A DNA stretch of 64,000 bases, from positions 25,073 to 89,072 of the forward strand of contig JAKFWZ010000078.1 in the NCBI GenBank assembly GCA_021731695.1, read 5' to 3'. Of the stretch, positions 46,845 through 56,444 are shown one piece after another (the stretch's first letter is position 1; each line of letters starts with the position of its first letter). The translations under genes were made by a program, and so were the position numbers. Source of the DNA: Candidatus Daviesbacteria bacterium (GTDB taxonomy: Bacteria > Patescibacteriota > Microgenomatia > Daviesbacterales > UBA10151). Below the pieces are notes generated by a model, which was not told the DNA's origin, ran no database searches, and was given only the letters and a program-made list of their open reading frames with translations.

Positions 46845-49079
46845 ATGTGGAATGAGTTAATGGGGGATGAAACTCCTAAAAACAGACACAAACTTTATAT
46901 AAAAATTGGTATTTTGGCAATTCTGCTAGTACTAATTCCGTTGGGTGTTTACTTAGTAAGGCAAACTCAAATTTTTAGACCCAAAGCTGTTGATGAGCAA
47001 ATAAACCCGGAAACTAGTTTTAGTCTTGAAGGACCTTTAGAGCAAGTTATATGTGTTAGGGCTCCCTGTCCGCCGGTGCCTGTTTCTACTTTAAATATAG
47101 GTTCAGAATTCGAGGTTAATGTTTTGGTAAGGTCTGATTTTGATTCAGCAAATGTCTTTAAAGCGAATGTTAATTTTCCAAAAGACCTTTTAGAAGTAAT
47201 AGCCATTGACACTCCCATAATAACAAACCCTCCGATTTGTGGAGGGATTGCCGGTTTAAGCTGTCCTAGCGGTTACTATTGCCGTATGAGCGAGCCTGCA
47301 AATATGCCGGACCAATCAGGTGTATGTTTGCCTGAAGATCAAATCACCTGTAATACCAGTGCCCGGGAATCAGGTTGTCCGAGAGGTTACAGTTGCGAAC
47401 AATACTGTCCTCCAGGCTCTGGAGACTGCTCTTTAACTGCAGGAGTATGTAAGGCAATTTCTTCAGAACCTCAAGCTTGTGGCGGGTATCCAGATGAAAA
47501 CGGAAATTCTCCAACCTGTCCTCAGGGTTATACATGTGATTATTCGGGAAATGACGAGCAGGTTGCTGATCAGATGGGAGTCTGTATTCCGTCGGATACA
47601 GCGCCCAAGTCCTGTTCAGGTCCCACCGATAATTCCTGTCCCGCAAATTACACCTGTTATCAGGATTGCGGGCCGCCTGTTGTCCGAGGAGGTGATCCGG
47701 AACCAGGCTATACCTGTTTAAGCCAGGCTCAAATAGCTTCGCGCGAAGTTAGTGGGTGCCCCATATGTCTTTCTTCATCAACGAAAATCTCCACGCCAAA
47801 AGGTTCTGTTTATGTCTCGGAGCTAAAGGAAGGAATGGAAGTTTATTCTCAAGATAAATCTGGAAAGCAAACAATTGCTAAAATCTTAAAAACCTCATCA
47901 GTTAAAGCACCTCTAACTCATAAAGTGGTACATCTGTCATTAAAAGATGGCAGAAATGCATATATATCCCCAAATCACCCAACCATAAGCGGTGTAACCG
48001 TTGGAGAACTAAAAGCAGGTGATAGCTATGACGGTTCTGTTGTAAAAAGCGCAGAACTTGTGCCCTACACCAGAGGTAGAACTTATGATCTTCTCCCCGA
48101 GGGAGAAACAGGTTTCTATTACGCGGACGGGGTTTTAATGGCCTCAACCCTAAAAGGCTCGGTTAAAGGACTCACAGCCAATGCTCAAAATACAGAGAGC
48201 TCGTGCCGGGAAGACGCTCAATGTGCAGAAGGTTTTTACTGTAAGAGCAGGACGCGCTGCCGAACCCTTCCTGATGGGACAGCCCAGTGTACAAATGTAA
48301 TTGGTGGTGATTGTTATCCTAAACCCAGTGAGGGGGAGTGTGCTCAGGTTATCACTAGGGCCTGTTCCAATACAGCCCCCCAGGTTTGCAGGGATTTTCC
48401 AACGCCTTGTGATGTTCCGGATGGTTGGGTAGTTCCGGGATTAAACTCTAGAAATTCCAACTACTTCATAGTAGATTGGGTTCAAAAGTCCTTTGATAAT
48501 GGTGCTGGGACGATCACTTTAAACGGGAAAAGCCAGGGAACTAAAACCAACCTTACACCTCTCACTATGGTCACTATTAAATTTAAGGCTAAAAAAGCTG
48601 GTACGGGGACAATCTCATTTGGGGACTCCACACAAATACTAAGGCTTTCAGATTCACAAAACATACTCCAGACTAAGAGAAACTTGGAGTTCACAGTTGC
48701 CGGAGCAACGCCTTCAGCTTCTGTTATAGGTGATCCTTGTGGGCCTGGTGGGATAGCCCCTTGTCCTTCCGCATCGGCTTCACCTTTGGCAGGCACTTGT
48801 CATACCACACCAGATTGTTCAGCTAATCAATATTGTCAATACGTTGAGGCGGAATGTTCGGTGGGAAATTGTCCCCGATACGGATACTGCGTGGCAAATA
48901 ATGGAGGCAAGGGCGATGCCAACAATGACGGATTTATTGATCTGGCTGATTTATCGATTCTTTATTCCAGCTTTCTTAAGAATGTAGCAAAACTTGACTT
49001 TAATAATGACAATAAAATTAACAGTATTGATTTTGGGTACATGATTTTACTTCTGCGTTCACTGCGCGTTATTAATTAA
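46845..49079 (+). CDS. Cys-rich surface protein with Hint (bacterial intein-like) domain, cohesin-like modules and C-terminal dockerin-like motif
   Basis: Hint module CPICLSSSTKISTPKGSVYV..LKEGMEVYS...SPNHP...TYDLLPE..GFYYADGVLMAS. C-terminus DANNDGFIDLADL...DFNNDNKINSIDF. Confidence 0.6.
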   Translation: MWNELMGDETPKNRHKLYIKIGILAILLVLIPLGVYLVRQTQIFRPKAVDEQINPETSFSLEGPLEQVICVRAPCPPVPVSTLNIGSEFEVNVLVRSDFDSANVFKANVNFPKDLLEVIAIDTPIITNPPICGGIAGLSCPSGYYCRMSEPANMPDQSGVCLPEDQITCNTSARESGCPRGYSCEQYCPPGSGDCSLTAGVCKAISSEPQACGGYPDENGNSPTCPQGYTCDYSGNDEQVADQMGVCIPSDTAPKSCSGPTDNSCPANYTCYQDCGPPVVRGGDPEPGYTCLSQAQIASREVSGCPICLSSSTKISTPKGSVYVSELKEGMEVYSQDKSGKQTIAKILKTSSVKAPLTHKVVHLSLKDGRNAYISPNHPTISGVTVGELKAGDSYDGSVVKSAELVPYTRGRTYDLLPEGETGFYYADGVLMASTLKGSVKGLTANAQNTESSCREDAQCAEGFYCKSRTRCRTLPDGTAQCTNVIGGDCYPKPSEGECAQVITRACSNTAPQVCRDFPTPCDVPDGWVVPGLNSRNSNYFIVDWVQKSFDNGAGTITLNGKSQGTKTNLTPLTMVTIKFKAKKAGTGTISFGDSTQILRLSDSQNILQTKRNLEFTVAGATPSASVIGDPCGPGGIAPCPSASASPLAGTCHTTPDCSANQYCQYVEAECSVGNCPRYGYCVANNGGKGDANNDGFIDLADLSILYSSFLKNVAKLDFNNDNKINSIDFGYMILLLRSLRVIN

Positions 49080-49104
49080 TTTTCGGTATAATGATTTTAT
49101 CGCG

Positions 49105-50298
49105 ATGGATCAAAATACCCAGCAATTACCTCATCTTGTAGTCGAAGACGAACACAAAAGAAGTCCCTGGGCGATTGTCGGAATTGTGACCTTGTCGATT
49201 ACACTTCTCGCGATACCTTTAGGCATTTACTTAGTTGGACAGCGAACTCAGCTTGCTCCGCAAGCTGCAGTAGCAACACCTGCGCCCGAAGCGCCAACCT
49301 CGATTTTTTTAGAATCAAGACTTTCACCTGATTCGGGCGGAGGAGTAATTCCAGTTGACGTCTTTATCAAGTCAACTCAGGATCCACTTAATCTCGCAAA
49401 TGTAAAATTTAAATTTGATCCCTCGTTTTTATCAGTTGATAATATTGCAACTGGTGCTGCTGAACCGGGAAAAAATCAGATTTTTACTAAATGGTTAGAA
49501 GCTTCATCGAATGATGAAAAAGGGGAGATTTCGATTATTGCAGGAGTGCCAAATCCGGGTATTTTATCTTCAGATGTGCCTGAGGGAAAAGTTTATCTTG
49601 CTACATTGAATCTAAGACCAAAAAAATCAGGGACTGCAGTTTTACAAATTGGCAGTAATTCCGAGCTCTTAAGAAATTCAGATAACCAAAATATTTTTCA
49701 GTCAGCTACGGATTTAGTTCTAAATTTACCGAATCAGGTCCCCTCAGCGACTCCTGTGCCTTCTGCAAAATCCCAAAACAATCAGCCATTAATTGTGATC
49801 ACAAATCCGGTAACGGCGGCTAATTATTCCTATTTCACCCCACTAGATATTATCTGGAGCTCATTCAATGTCGAGATTATTTCGCAGATAAATCTTCTCG
49901 TTAACGGTGTTTTATATGGTCCGATTGGAGAAAATGTTGATCCTGCAACAGGTAAATATACATGGAATCCGCAGGATAGTCTGTCCATTCCTTATATTCA
50001 AAGCGCGAATACTTTTTCAATTGAAATTGTCGGACTCGGAAAAGACGGAGAAACAGTCAGAGCACATACCGGACCTTTTGGATTAGTTGGTTCGGATACA
50101 GTTTCTGGTTTAGCACCAAATCTAACCCTGTTCTTACAGAATCAGCTTTCGGTCGCCGATGCCTCAAAACTTCTTGCAAACTATTTAGGTTCTCCTGTTG
50201 CTGATAAAGCTTTAGATTTTAATCGTGACGATATTATTAATGAGCTTGATTTTTATTTGTTAAAGCAAAACCTTACGGGTCGGGGGATAATTAAATAA
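49105..50298 (+). CDS. Anchored surface protein with cohesin-like domain and dockerin-like C-terminus
   Basis: TM helix. Block VIPVDVFIKSTQDPLNLANVKFKFDP. C-terminus LDFNRDDIINELDFYLL. Confidence 0.5.
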   Translation: MDQNTQQLPHLVVEDEHKRSPWAIVGIVTLSITLLAIPLGIYLVGQRTQLAPQAAVATPAPEAPTSIFLESRLSPDSGGGVIPVDVFIKSTQDPLNLANVKFKFDPSFLSVDNIATGAAEPGKNQIFTKWLEASSNDEKGEISIIAGVPNPGILSSDVPEGKVYLATLNLRPKKSGTAVLQIGSNSELLRNSDNQNIFQSATDLVLNLPNQVPSATPVPSAKSQNNQPLIVITNPVTAANYSYFTPLDIIWSSFNVEIISQINLLVNGVLYGPIGENVDPATGKYTWNPQDSLSIPYIQSANTFSIEIVGLGKDGETVRAHTGPFGLVGSDTVSGLAPNLTLFLQNQLSVADASKLLANYLGSPVADKALDFNRDDIINELDFYLLKQNLTGRGIIK

Positions 50299-50425
50299 AC
50301 CAATGAGTAAACTCGCGCTTTGCGCTAAACCAATGAGCAGAGCTTGCGACTTCGTCTTAAACTAATTCCCAATATTGTCTTTTGTGTTTTAATTGGACAT
50401 TTGTTTATTTGGCATTGGGTTATTG
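50297..50425. repeat. Dyad CCAAT/ATTGG intergenic element, copy 3 (upstream of gap)
   Basis: Structure is aaaccaatgag x2, then gacttcgtcttaaactaattcccaat, then ttggacatttgtttatttggcattgggttattgg. Confidence 0.6.
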
Positions 50426-50503
50426 GTTTATTCAAAATTAGAATAATTTTGTTTATTTCTTGTCTGGAATTGCTTAAATATTTATGTTAGGTTTAATTAG
50501 TAG

Positions 50504-51694
50504 ATGATAAAAGTTGCGATTAATGGATTCGGAAGAATTGGGAGAAATGCCTTCAAAGTAGCAGTTGAGTACCACACAGATGCTTTAGAGATAGTAGCTA
50601 TTAACGACCTCTCAAAACCTGAAGTTCTGGCCCATCTTTTGAAATACGACACATCCTATGGAATATGGAATAAAAAAATTGGATTTGATGAGACCAATCT
50701 TATTATTGATGGAAAACCTTACCCTGTTGTAGGTGAAAAAGAACCGGCTAACTTACCCTGGAAAAGGTACGAAATAGATGTGGTTATCGAATCAACCGGC
50801 AGATTTACCGACGCGGAAGGAATGAGGCAGCATTTGTCAGCCGGTGCAAAAGCGGTTGTTTTATCGGCTCCGGCAAAAGGCGATGGGGTTCAAACATTTT
50901 TGATTGGTGTAAATCATGGCCAGTATAAAGGCGAACAGCTGATTAATAACGCTTCGTGTACAACAAATTGTATTGCGCCTGTTGCGGCAATTCTTGAGGG
51001 AAAATTTGGAATCCTAAAAGCCTTGATGACAACAGTTCATTCCGTTACCGCGGAGCAAAATTTAGTTGACGGGCCGCCTCCAGGAGGTAAATCAGGGGAT
51101 TTAAGACGTGCCAGATCAGGGTTTATGAATATGATTCCGACGACAACAGGCGCAGCGATCGCCACAACCGAAGTTATGCCTCAGCTAAAAGGACTTTTCG
51201 ATGGACGTTCAATCAGAGTTCCCACCTTAGTGGGATCCATTACTGACTTTACTCTTTTGCTTAAATCCAAGACAACGGTTGAGGAAGTGAATGAAACATT
51301 TAAACAGGCAGCTGCGTCAGAGCAGTGGAAGGGAATTGTAGCGGTAACTGAGGAGCCCTTAGTCTCGTCGGACATTATCGGTAGGAGTGAGTCTTCAATT
51401 GTTGATCTTGGCTTAACTCAATTGATTGATGGCGATTTTCTTAAAGTTTTTGCCTGGTATGATAACGAATGGGGTTATTCCAATCGCTTAGTAGAGCAGG
51501 TGATTAATGTAGGAAATAATCTTCCGTCTGTTGTGATTCCCGGACCTGAGCATGCTGAAGCTGCATCTCCTGTATCTGAGCCTGAGCAAGCTGAAACTGC
51601 AGAAAAAGAGCCTGAAGCTCCGAAGGATGAGCTAAAAGAATATGATGTGAATCCAGTTGTTCACAAAGCTGAGGATTTAGAAAAAACTTCCTAA
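50504..51694 (+). CDS. gap: Glyceraldehyde-3-phosphate dehydrogenase with an acidic C-terminal extension of about 60 aa
   Basis: Motifs KVAINGFGRIGRN and SCTTNCIAP. The tail reads PEHAEAASPVSEPEQAETAEKEPEAPKDE. Confidence 0.9.
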   Translation: MIKVAINGFGRIGRNAFKVAVEYHTDALEIVAINDLSKPEVLAHLLKYDTSYGIWNKKIGFDETNLIIDGKPYPVVGEKEPANLPWKRYEIDVVIESTGRFTDAEGMRQHLSAGAKAVVLSAPAKGDGVQTFLIGVNHGQYKGEQLINNASCTTNCIAPVAAILEGKFGILKALMTTVHSVTAEQNLVDGPPPGGKSGDLRRARSGFMNMIPTTTGAAIATTEVMPQLKGLFDGRSIRVPTLVGSITDFTLLLKSKTTVEEVNETFKQAAASEQWKGIVAVTEEPLVSSDIIGRSESSIVDLGLTQLIDGDFLKVFAWYDNEWGYSNRLVEQVINVGNNLPSVVIPGPEHAEAASPVSEPEQAETAEKEPEAPKDELKEYDVNPVVHKAEDLEKTS

Positions 51695-52341
51695 GAGATT
51701 TCTTTGAGAGCGGAAAAAGCCCGGTCAATATCTTTTTTATCCAGAAAAATAGTTAGTTCAGTATATGAGGATGCAACCTCAATAATACTAATTCCTTCCC
51801 AGGCTAATTTTTTCAAGATTGCATAATAAACTCCGCTAATATGAGGGGCCTCTTCAGGCAGCATTATTGTTATTGAGGAAAGATTTTCATGCTTTATTTT
51901 TATCCGTTCCTGTTTAAAAACCTCTTCAATTTTATTTTGCAAATTTGTTGAGGCAAATATGGAGCTTTCAAAAATACCGTTAGTTACTGTTAAGAAGCTA
52001 TTAGGTACAGTTAAGATGTGCTCTGAAATCATAGCGACATTTTTCGGTAGAGTAGGAGATTTGCTATAAGTAAATTCGACAATATTTGATCTTACCGTTA
52101 TATCAGTGATTCTGGTAAGGATATTCCGCAAGGGTTTATTTTTACCCTGAGCTTCCCCGGAAAATCTTTTTAGAGCCATGATAATAGCTCCGGTTTGGAC
52201 TTTTTTATAGAGCTTTTCTTCGAGTTCCGGTTTAATTTTTCTGGCGAGTGCGGATAGATTTATTAAATTTTGCGAAAGTCCTTCTTCGAGAAAAGGGGAT
52301 TGGCTAATCAGCTCTTTGACAGCCTCTGGGATAGTAATCAT
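51691..52341 (-). CDS. Hypothetical protein, possibly with tandem ACT-like domains
   Basis: 216-aa ORF with weak ACT-like beta-alpha-beta-beta-alpha-beta periodicity. Confidence 0.35.
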   Translation of the reverse strand: MITIPEAVKELISQSPFLEEGLSQNLINLSALARKIKPELEEKLYKKVQTGAIIMALKRFSGEAQGKNKPLRNILTRITDITVRSNIVEFTYSKSPTLPKNVAMISEHILTVPNSFLTVTNGIFESSIFASTNLQNKIEEVFKQERIKIKHENLSSITIMLPEEAPHISGVYYAILKKLAWEGISIIEVASSYTELTIFLDKKDIDRAFSALKEIS

Positions 52342-52425
52342 GTTAAGAATTTAACAAATTGTATTAAATTTGTCAAAAATATTTAAAAATTTGTTAAATT
52401 CAGATCTGCATAGTATATTCACGTA

Positions 52426-52713
52426 ATGAGATCAGAAATTTTAGGACTTAGGCTTAATCCCCGACAAAGAAGGAATTTAATGCATAAACCAAGTGAGGTG
52501 TACGCTACTGATGAGGGAGAGAGCAGGATTCATTTTACAAGGAGCGGAGATGGTAGGTTGCGCTGGATTGGGATGCAGGAAAATCCTGATGGTCGCTGGG
52601 TTTTTGATCCCTCCAAGGCGGGATTCGCAATTGGTCCTAAAGGTCATACCTCAATTCAGCATATTGCTGAATCAGCAGGTTATAAGAAAAGATTAGTTGC
52701 CGCATCTTCCTAA
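52426..52713 (+). CDS. Hypothetical small protein
   Basis: 95-aa ORF with no motif. Confidence 0.25.
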   Translation: MRSEILGLRLNPRQRRNLMHKPSEVYATDEGESRIHFTRSGDGRLRWIGMQENPDGRWVFDPSKAGFAIGPKGHTSIQHIAESAGYKKRLVAASS

Positions 52714-52754
52714 AAGTAGCAAAGAAATTGATTCTTTAGTACTATTACTCCTGA

Positions 52755-53885
52755 ATGTTAAGTGTTTTAAGCGAATTCTTAAGTAGAAAATTCACTCCTT
52801 TAAATTTAATTACAATATCAAAATCCAGGCTAATCCAGAATTACGAAAGCTTGAGCAAAATTAATCCGGAAATAAAAGTTGCACCGGTTTTAAAATCAAA
52901 TGCTTATGGTCACGGGATAAAACTCGCGGGTAAAATTCTTGATGAAGTTGACGCACCGTTTTTATGCGTAGATTCCTTATACGAAGCCTTTCAGTTAAGA
53001 ACTCACGCCAAAGTAAAAACTCCTATTTTGATTATGGGTTATATTCATCCGGAAAGCTTAAAGATAAAACAGCTTCCTTTTTCTTTTGCTGTTTACGATC
53101 TGGAGCATGTAAAAGCTTTGAATAAGTATCAGGAAAAAGCCCGGGTTCATATCTTTGTCGATACAGGAATGCACAGAGAGGGAATTGATTTGGATAATCT
53201 TGAGGAATTTTTAGAAAGACTAAAAAAACTTGAAAATATTGAAGTCGAAGGCTTGATGTCGCATCTTGCAGAAGCATCAAAACCAGAGTCTCTATTAACT
53301 AAAAAGCAGATAGAAAATTTTGCAAAAGCTAAAGAGATAGTTTTAAAGAAGGGCTTTAAGCCAAAATGGTTTCATATTGGCGGAACTTACGGACTTTTGA
53401 ACAATTTAGCTGCCGGATGTAATTTAGTCCGGATTGGCAGAGCTGTTTACGGGATAGAAGAAAAAGGGGTGGCGGGAATAAATCTCGAACCTGCTTTAAA
53501 ACTGACTACAACTTTGGTTCAGATAAAAAAAGTTAAAAAGGAGGAAAAGATTGGTTATAGCGGAACTTTTACAGCAGATAAAAATATGAGCATAGGGATT
53601 TTGCCATTAGGCTATAACGAAGGTGTAGACCGGAGGCTTTCAGATAAGGGGGTGGTGCTGATTGACGGTATTAAATGTCCCATTGTCGGGCTTGTTAGTA
53701 TGAATATCACGACTATTGATATATCGAACGTAAAAAGACCTGTTTTGGGGCAGGAAGTGGTTGTTTTTTCGGATAATGATGAAGATCCAAACTCTTTAAT
53801 TAAAGCCTGTAAAGCCGGAGGAATTTTGCCGCATGAGATGTTAATTCATATCGCAGAATCAACCAAGAGAGTTATTATTTCCTAG
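52755..53885 (+). CDS. alr: Alanine racemase
   Basis: PLP motif VLKSNAYGHG. C-terminal barrel region. Confidence 0.8.
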   Translation: MLSVLSEFLSRKFTPLNLITISKSRLIQNYESLSKINPEIKVAPVLKSNAYGHGIKLAGKILDEVDAPFLCVDSLYEAFQLRTHAKVKTPILIMGYIHPESLKIKQLPFSFAVYDLEHVKALNKYQEKARVHIFVDTGMHREGIDLDNLEEFLERLKKLENIEVEGLMSHLAEASKPESLLTKKQIENFAKAKEIVLKKGFKPKWFHIGGTYGLLNNLAAGCNLVRIGRAVYGIEEKGVAGINLEPALKLTTTLVQIKKVKKEEKIGYSGTFTADKNMSIGILPLGYNEGVDRRLSDKGVVLIDGIKCPIVGLVSMNITTIDISNVKRPVLGQEVVVFSDNDEDPNSLIKACKAGGILPHEMLIHIAESTKRVIIS

Positions 53886-53953
53886 TGATTAGTGATTAGT
53901 GATTAGTGATTAGTGATTAGTGATTAGTGATTAGTGATTAGTGATTAGTGATT
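53883..53953. repeat. Tandem heptamer (TAGTGAT) x10 with six-frame stops, between convergent genes
   Basis: The first unit supplies the alr TAG stop. The minus-strand neighbour has its TAA stop at 53945-53947, inside the tract. Confidence 0.9.
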
Positions 53954-54487
53954 TAGGGAGTTGAGGGCTTGGTTAAATTTACCGTTTGATTCGATCCTGA
54001 CCTTTAAAACTTTTATTGCGCCAATCTCTCCGTTTCTGTCGCTTGCGATAATAAGTTGATATGAATCAGGGATTGTTTCTGTCGGGATCTGAAAACTGAA
54101 ATTTCCTTCATAATCCGGAGTTATGCCATGCTTTAATCCATCCGGTGCCAGCCATATTTGAAGTGTTGTGCCGGCAGTAGTTGTCCCGCTGATAAAATCG
54201 CCCTGTTTCATTAAATATTGCCTATCAGGATCAAGAGAATCAATCGCGTAATTGTTGGGTTGGACAGCCAGATATTTTTGATAGAGAGGAATTCTTAAAA
54301 ACCAAATTAAAACAAGAATGCCGATAATTTCTGTGATAATTAGCGGAAAGATAAGTTTTTTTCGTTTAGCGCGGGTTAAACCGAATTGATAAGTAATAGC
54401 ATTCATATAAATTTGACGGTAGACGATTGAAGATGGAAGATTGTGGGAGATGGTAGAGAATGGAAAGTAGATAAAATCTATCTTCAA
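53945..54487 (-). CDS. Anchored hypothetical protein
   Basis: TM helix ILVLIWFLRIPLY followed by a soluble domain. Confidence 0.4.
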   Translation of the reverse strand: MKIDFIYFPFSTISHNLPSSIVYRQIYMNAITYQFGLTRAKRKKLIFPLIITEIIGILVLIWFLRIPLYQKYLAVQPNNYAIDSLDPDRQYLMKQGDFISGTTTAGTTLQIWLAPDGLKHGITPDYEGNFSFQIPTETIPDSYQLIIASDRNGEIGAIKVLKVRIESNGKFNQALNSLNH

Positions 54488-54539
54488 TTTTCTATCATCA
54501 AAATACTATCCTCCATTTTCTACCGTCTATAGTCTAAGA

Positions 54540-54842
54540 TTAATTCCCCTCAAGTGCTCTCTGTATTTCTTCAGGAGTTAGGTCTTCAGGATCGCTATTA
54601 ATGGTTTCACAATCTGCGTTATAAGGGTCATTGCATGCAGTATCATCCTCAACCGGATCGGAGACTGGAATAGGGGAAACCGGAATTTTACCGTCACCAA
54701 TTTTAATTACCCCCGTTCCGATCAATGCAAGAGTTGTGGCTAAAATAAGTCCAATCATAGTTAAAACCGCAAGAGCAGAAAAACCTCTGAAAGTGATGAG
54801 TGATGAGTGATGAGTGATGAGTCGGGCAGATTTTTTTATCAT
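54540..54842 (-). CDS. Small single-pass protein with acidic C-x8-C tail and a (GTGATGA)x4 tract in codons 8-17
   Basis: ATGA overlap with the upstream gene. Codons 8-17 (LITHHSSLIT) are encoded by the heptamers. C-terminal motif ACNDPYNADC. Confidence 0.45.
   Translation of the reverse strand: MIKKSARLITHHSSLITFRGFSALAVLTMIGLILATTLALIGTGVIKIGDGKIPVSPIPVSDPVEDDTACNDPYNADCETINSDPEDLTPEEIQRALEGN
54793..54820. repeat. Heptamer tract (GTGATGA) x4 inside the 5' coding region
   Basis: Four perfect units. One unit is 7 nt, not a multiple of 3. Confidence 0.85.
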
Positions 54843-55765
54843 TGTTGTAGGGCTTTTACGGTGATCTCGTTAATTTTGCGTCCGAGTGAATAAAGTATAA
54901 AAGTCTGACCATTTGGCCCGATGTCGAGAATATCTTCACTGCCGTTTCTTGATCTTTCAACAAATTTGCCATCTTTTGTTTTTACTTCAACCGGATCAGA
55001 TGTTTCATCAGAAACATCCCATTCAATTTCAACTTCTCCGCAAGTTGATGTGCCTGCAGGAATTATGCACGGATTAGGATTTGCAGAAATTACGCCTGAA
55101 GGTTGCGTCAAACCCATTTTTTTAACCAGAATATCAAAAGCATCTTTTGGTGGTATATTTTTCATCTGGAGATCTTCTCTTTTAGCATCGGCTTCGCTAA
55201 TTGGCAATAATTTCCCCTTGTATGAAACCCTTAAAATCTTTTCGCCCGAATCATTTGTACAAAGATAAACGGTCGCATCGTCTTTTATGCTTTCTCCGGT
55301 GCCGTCTTCTAAAGGAACATCGATCATAACTTTAAGCGATGTGTTTACTCCTAAATCAGCTTTAACGCAAAGATTTGGTTTTCCTTCTTCAATTTGTAAA
55401 TACTTTAAAACACGGTTGAATTTTTTAGCCAGTTTATAGTCAAACTTAATTTTTCCGCGGCAGGTTCTTAAAGCATCTGGGTCCTGAGACTGCAAACAGG
55501 TACTGTCTTCGGAAACCACCCGGCTTAAATATGATTTGAATTCCTGTGCAGTTCTTATTCCCAGATCTTTTTTAAATACACCATATTGTCCTTTTTCACT
55601 CCAGTCTAAATATGTCTGCATAACTTTGAGTCTTTCCTGGCTAACCTGGACTTTGTTTGCAGAATCCTGTGCAAAAACAGCCTGATTTATTGAGATAATG
55701 ATTATGAGAAATAAAAGAGTTAATAGATAAACTTTAGAAGTAGTGGACAGTGAGAAAAATTTCAT
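54839..55765 (-). CDS. Secreted protein of the CV[KP]ADLG-domain family
   Basis: Signal peptide. Block YLQIEEGKPNLCVKADLGVNTS is shared with 56445-58817 and 59337-60071. Confidence 0.5.
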   Translation of the reverse strand: MKFFSLSTTSKVYLLTLLFLIIIISINQAVFAQDSANKVQVSQERLKVMQTYLDWSEKGQYGVFKKDLGIRTAQEFKSYLSRVVSEDSTCLQSQDPDALRTCRGKIKFDYKLAKKFNRVLKYLQIEEGKPNLCVKADLGVNTSLKVMIDVPLEDGTGESIKDDATVYLCTNDSGEKILRVSYKGKLLPISEADAKREDLQMKNIPPKDAFDILVKKMGLTQPSGVISANPNPCIIPAGTSTCGEVEIEWDVSDETSDPVEVKTKDGKFVERSRNGSEDILDIGPNGQTFILYSLGRKINEITVKALQQ

Positions 55766-55829
55766 GGCTCATTCTCTAGAATATAACCTTTGCTCAGGAG
55801 TTTGCAACATTTTCTGTAGGATTCTTACA

Positions 55830-56039
55830 CTAAGGAAGAAGGAAAACATCATTGCTATCGTTGCAATTTCCTTCTTCTCCTGACTCACAAATAACCTGAG
55901 GCTGATTTGCCTGCTCAATTTTTTTTTGTTTATCCACCTCGGAAAAATAGGTGAATGTCTGGGTAAATTCCCACATTATAAAGATGCCGATTACCACAAT
56001 GAAAAGTAACGATAGGGGTGATATGCCTTTTTGATTCAT
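55830..56039 (-). CDS. Small single-pass protein with acidic C-x8-C tail
   Basis: N-terminus MNQKGISPLSLLFIVVIGIFIMW. C-terminal motif ICESGEEGNC. Confidence 0.35.
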   Translation of the reverse strand: MNQKGISPLSLLFIVVIGIFIMWEFTQTFTYFSEVDKQKKIEQANQPQVICESGEEGNCNDSNDVFLLP

Positions 56040-56196
56040 AATTTATGGACGCTTGAAGATAGAAAATGGAAGATAGTGGTAGAGAATGGAAAATTGAGAA
56101 TGGACGTCTTAGACGAAGTCGCAAGCCTCGCTTATCTTCGATTCTCAATCTTCAAAATACTATGTTCTATCCTCGATAATCTATCGTCTAATATTT

Positions 56197-56442
56197 CTAA
56201 TTATTATCATCCTGATTAACAGTCGAAAGTATTTCAAGCTGTTCCTGATCAAGTTGGTATTTTTCCTGAACAGGTGCGTATTTTGGATCATTGGAAATGT
56301 TATAAGGGGTAGACTCGGGTGAGGGAGTTACCGAAGCAATTGGAGATTGTTTAAAAAAACCCATGTAAAATGCAAAGCCTAAAAAGGCAAGAAAAAGTAT
56401 TCCGATTATTATAAAAATTCCACTTGATGCTTTTTGGTTCAT
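56197..56442 (-). CDS. Small single-pass protein (MNQK paralog)
   Basis: N-terminus MNQKASSGIFIIIGILFLAFLGF. It starts 2 nt after the upstream gene's stop. Confidence 0.35.
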   Translation of the reverse strand: MNQKASSGIFIIIGILFLAFLGFAFYMGFFKQSPIASVTPSPESTPYNISNDPKYAPVQEKYQLDQEQLEILSTVNQDDNN

Positions 56443-56444
56443 AC

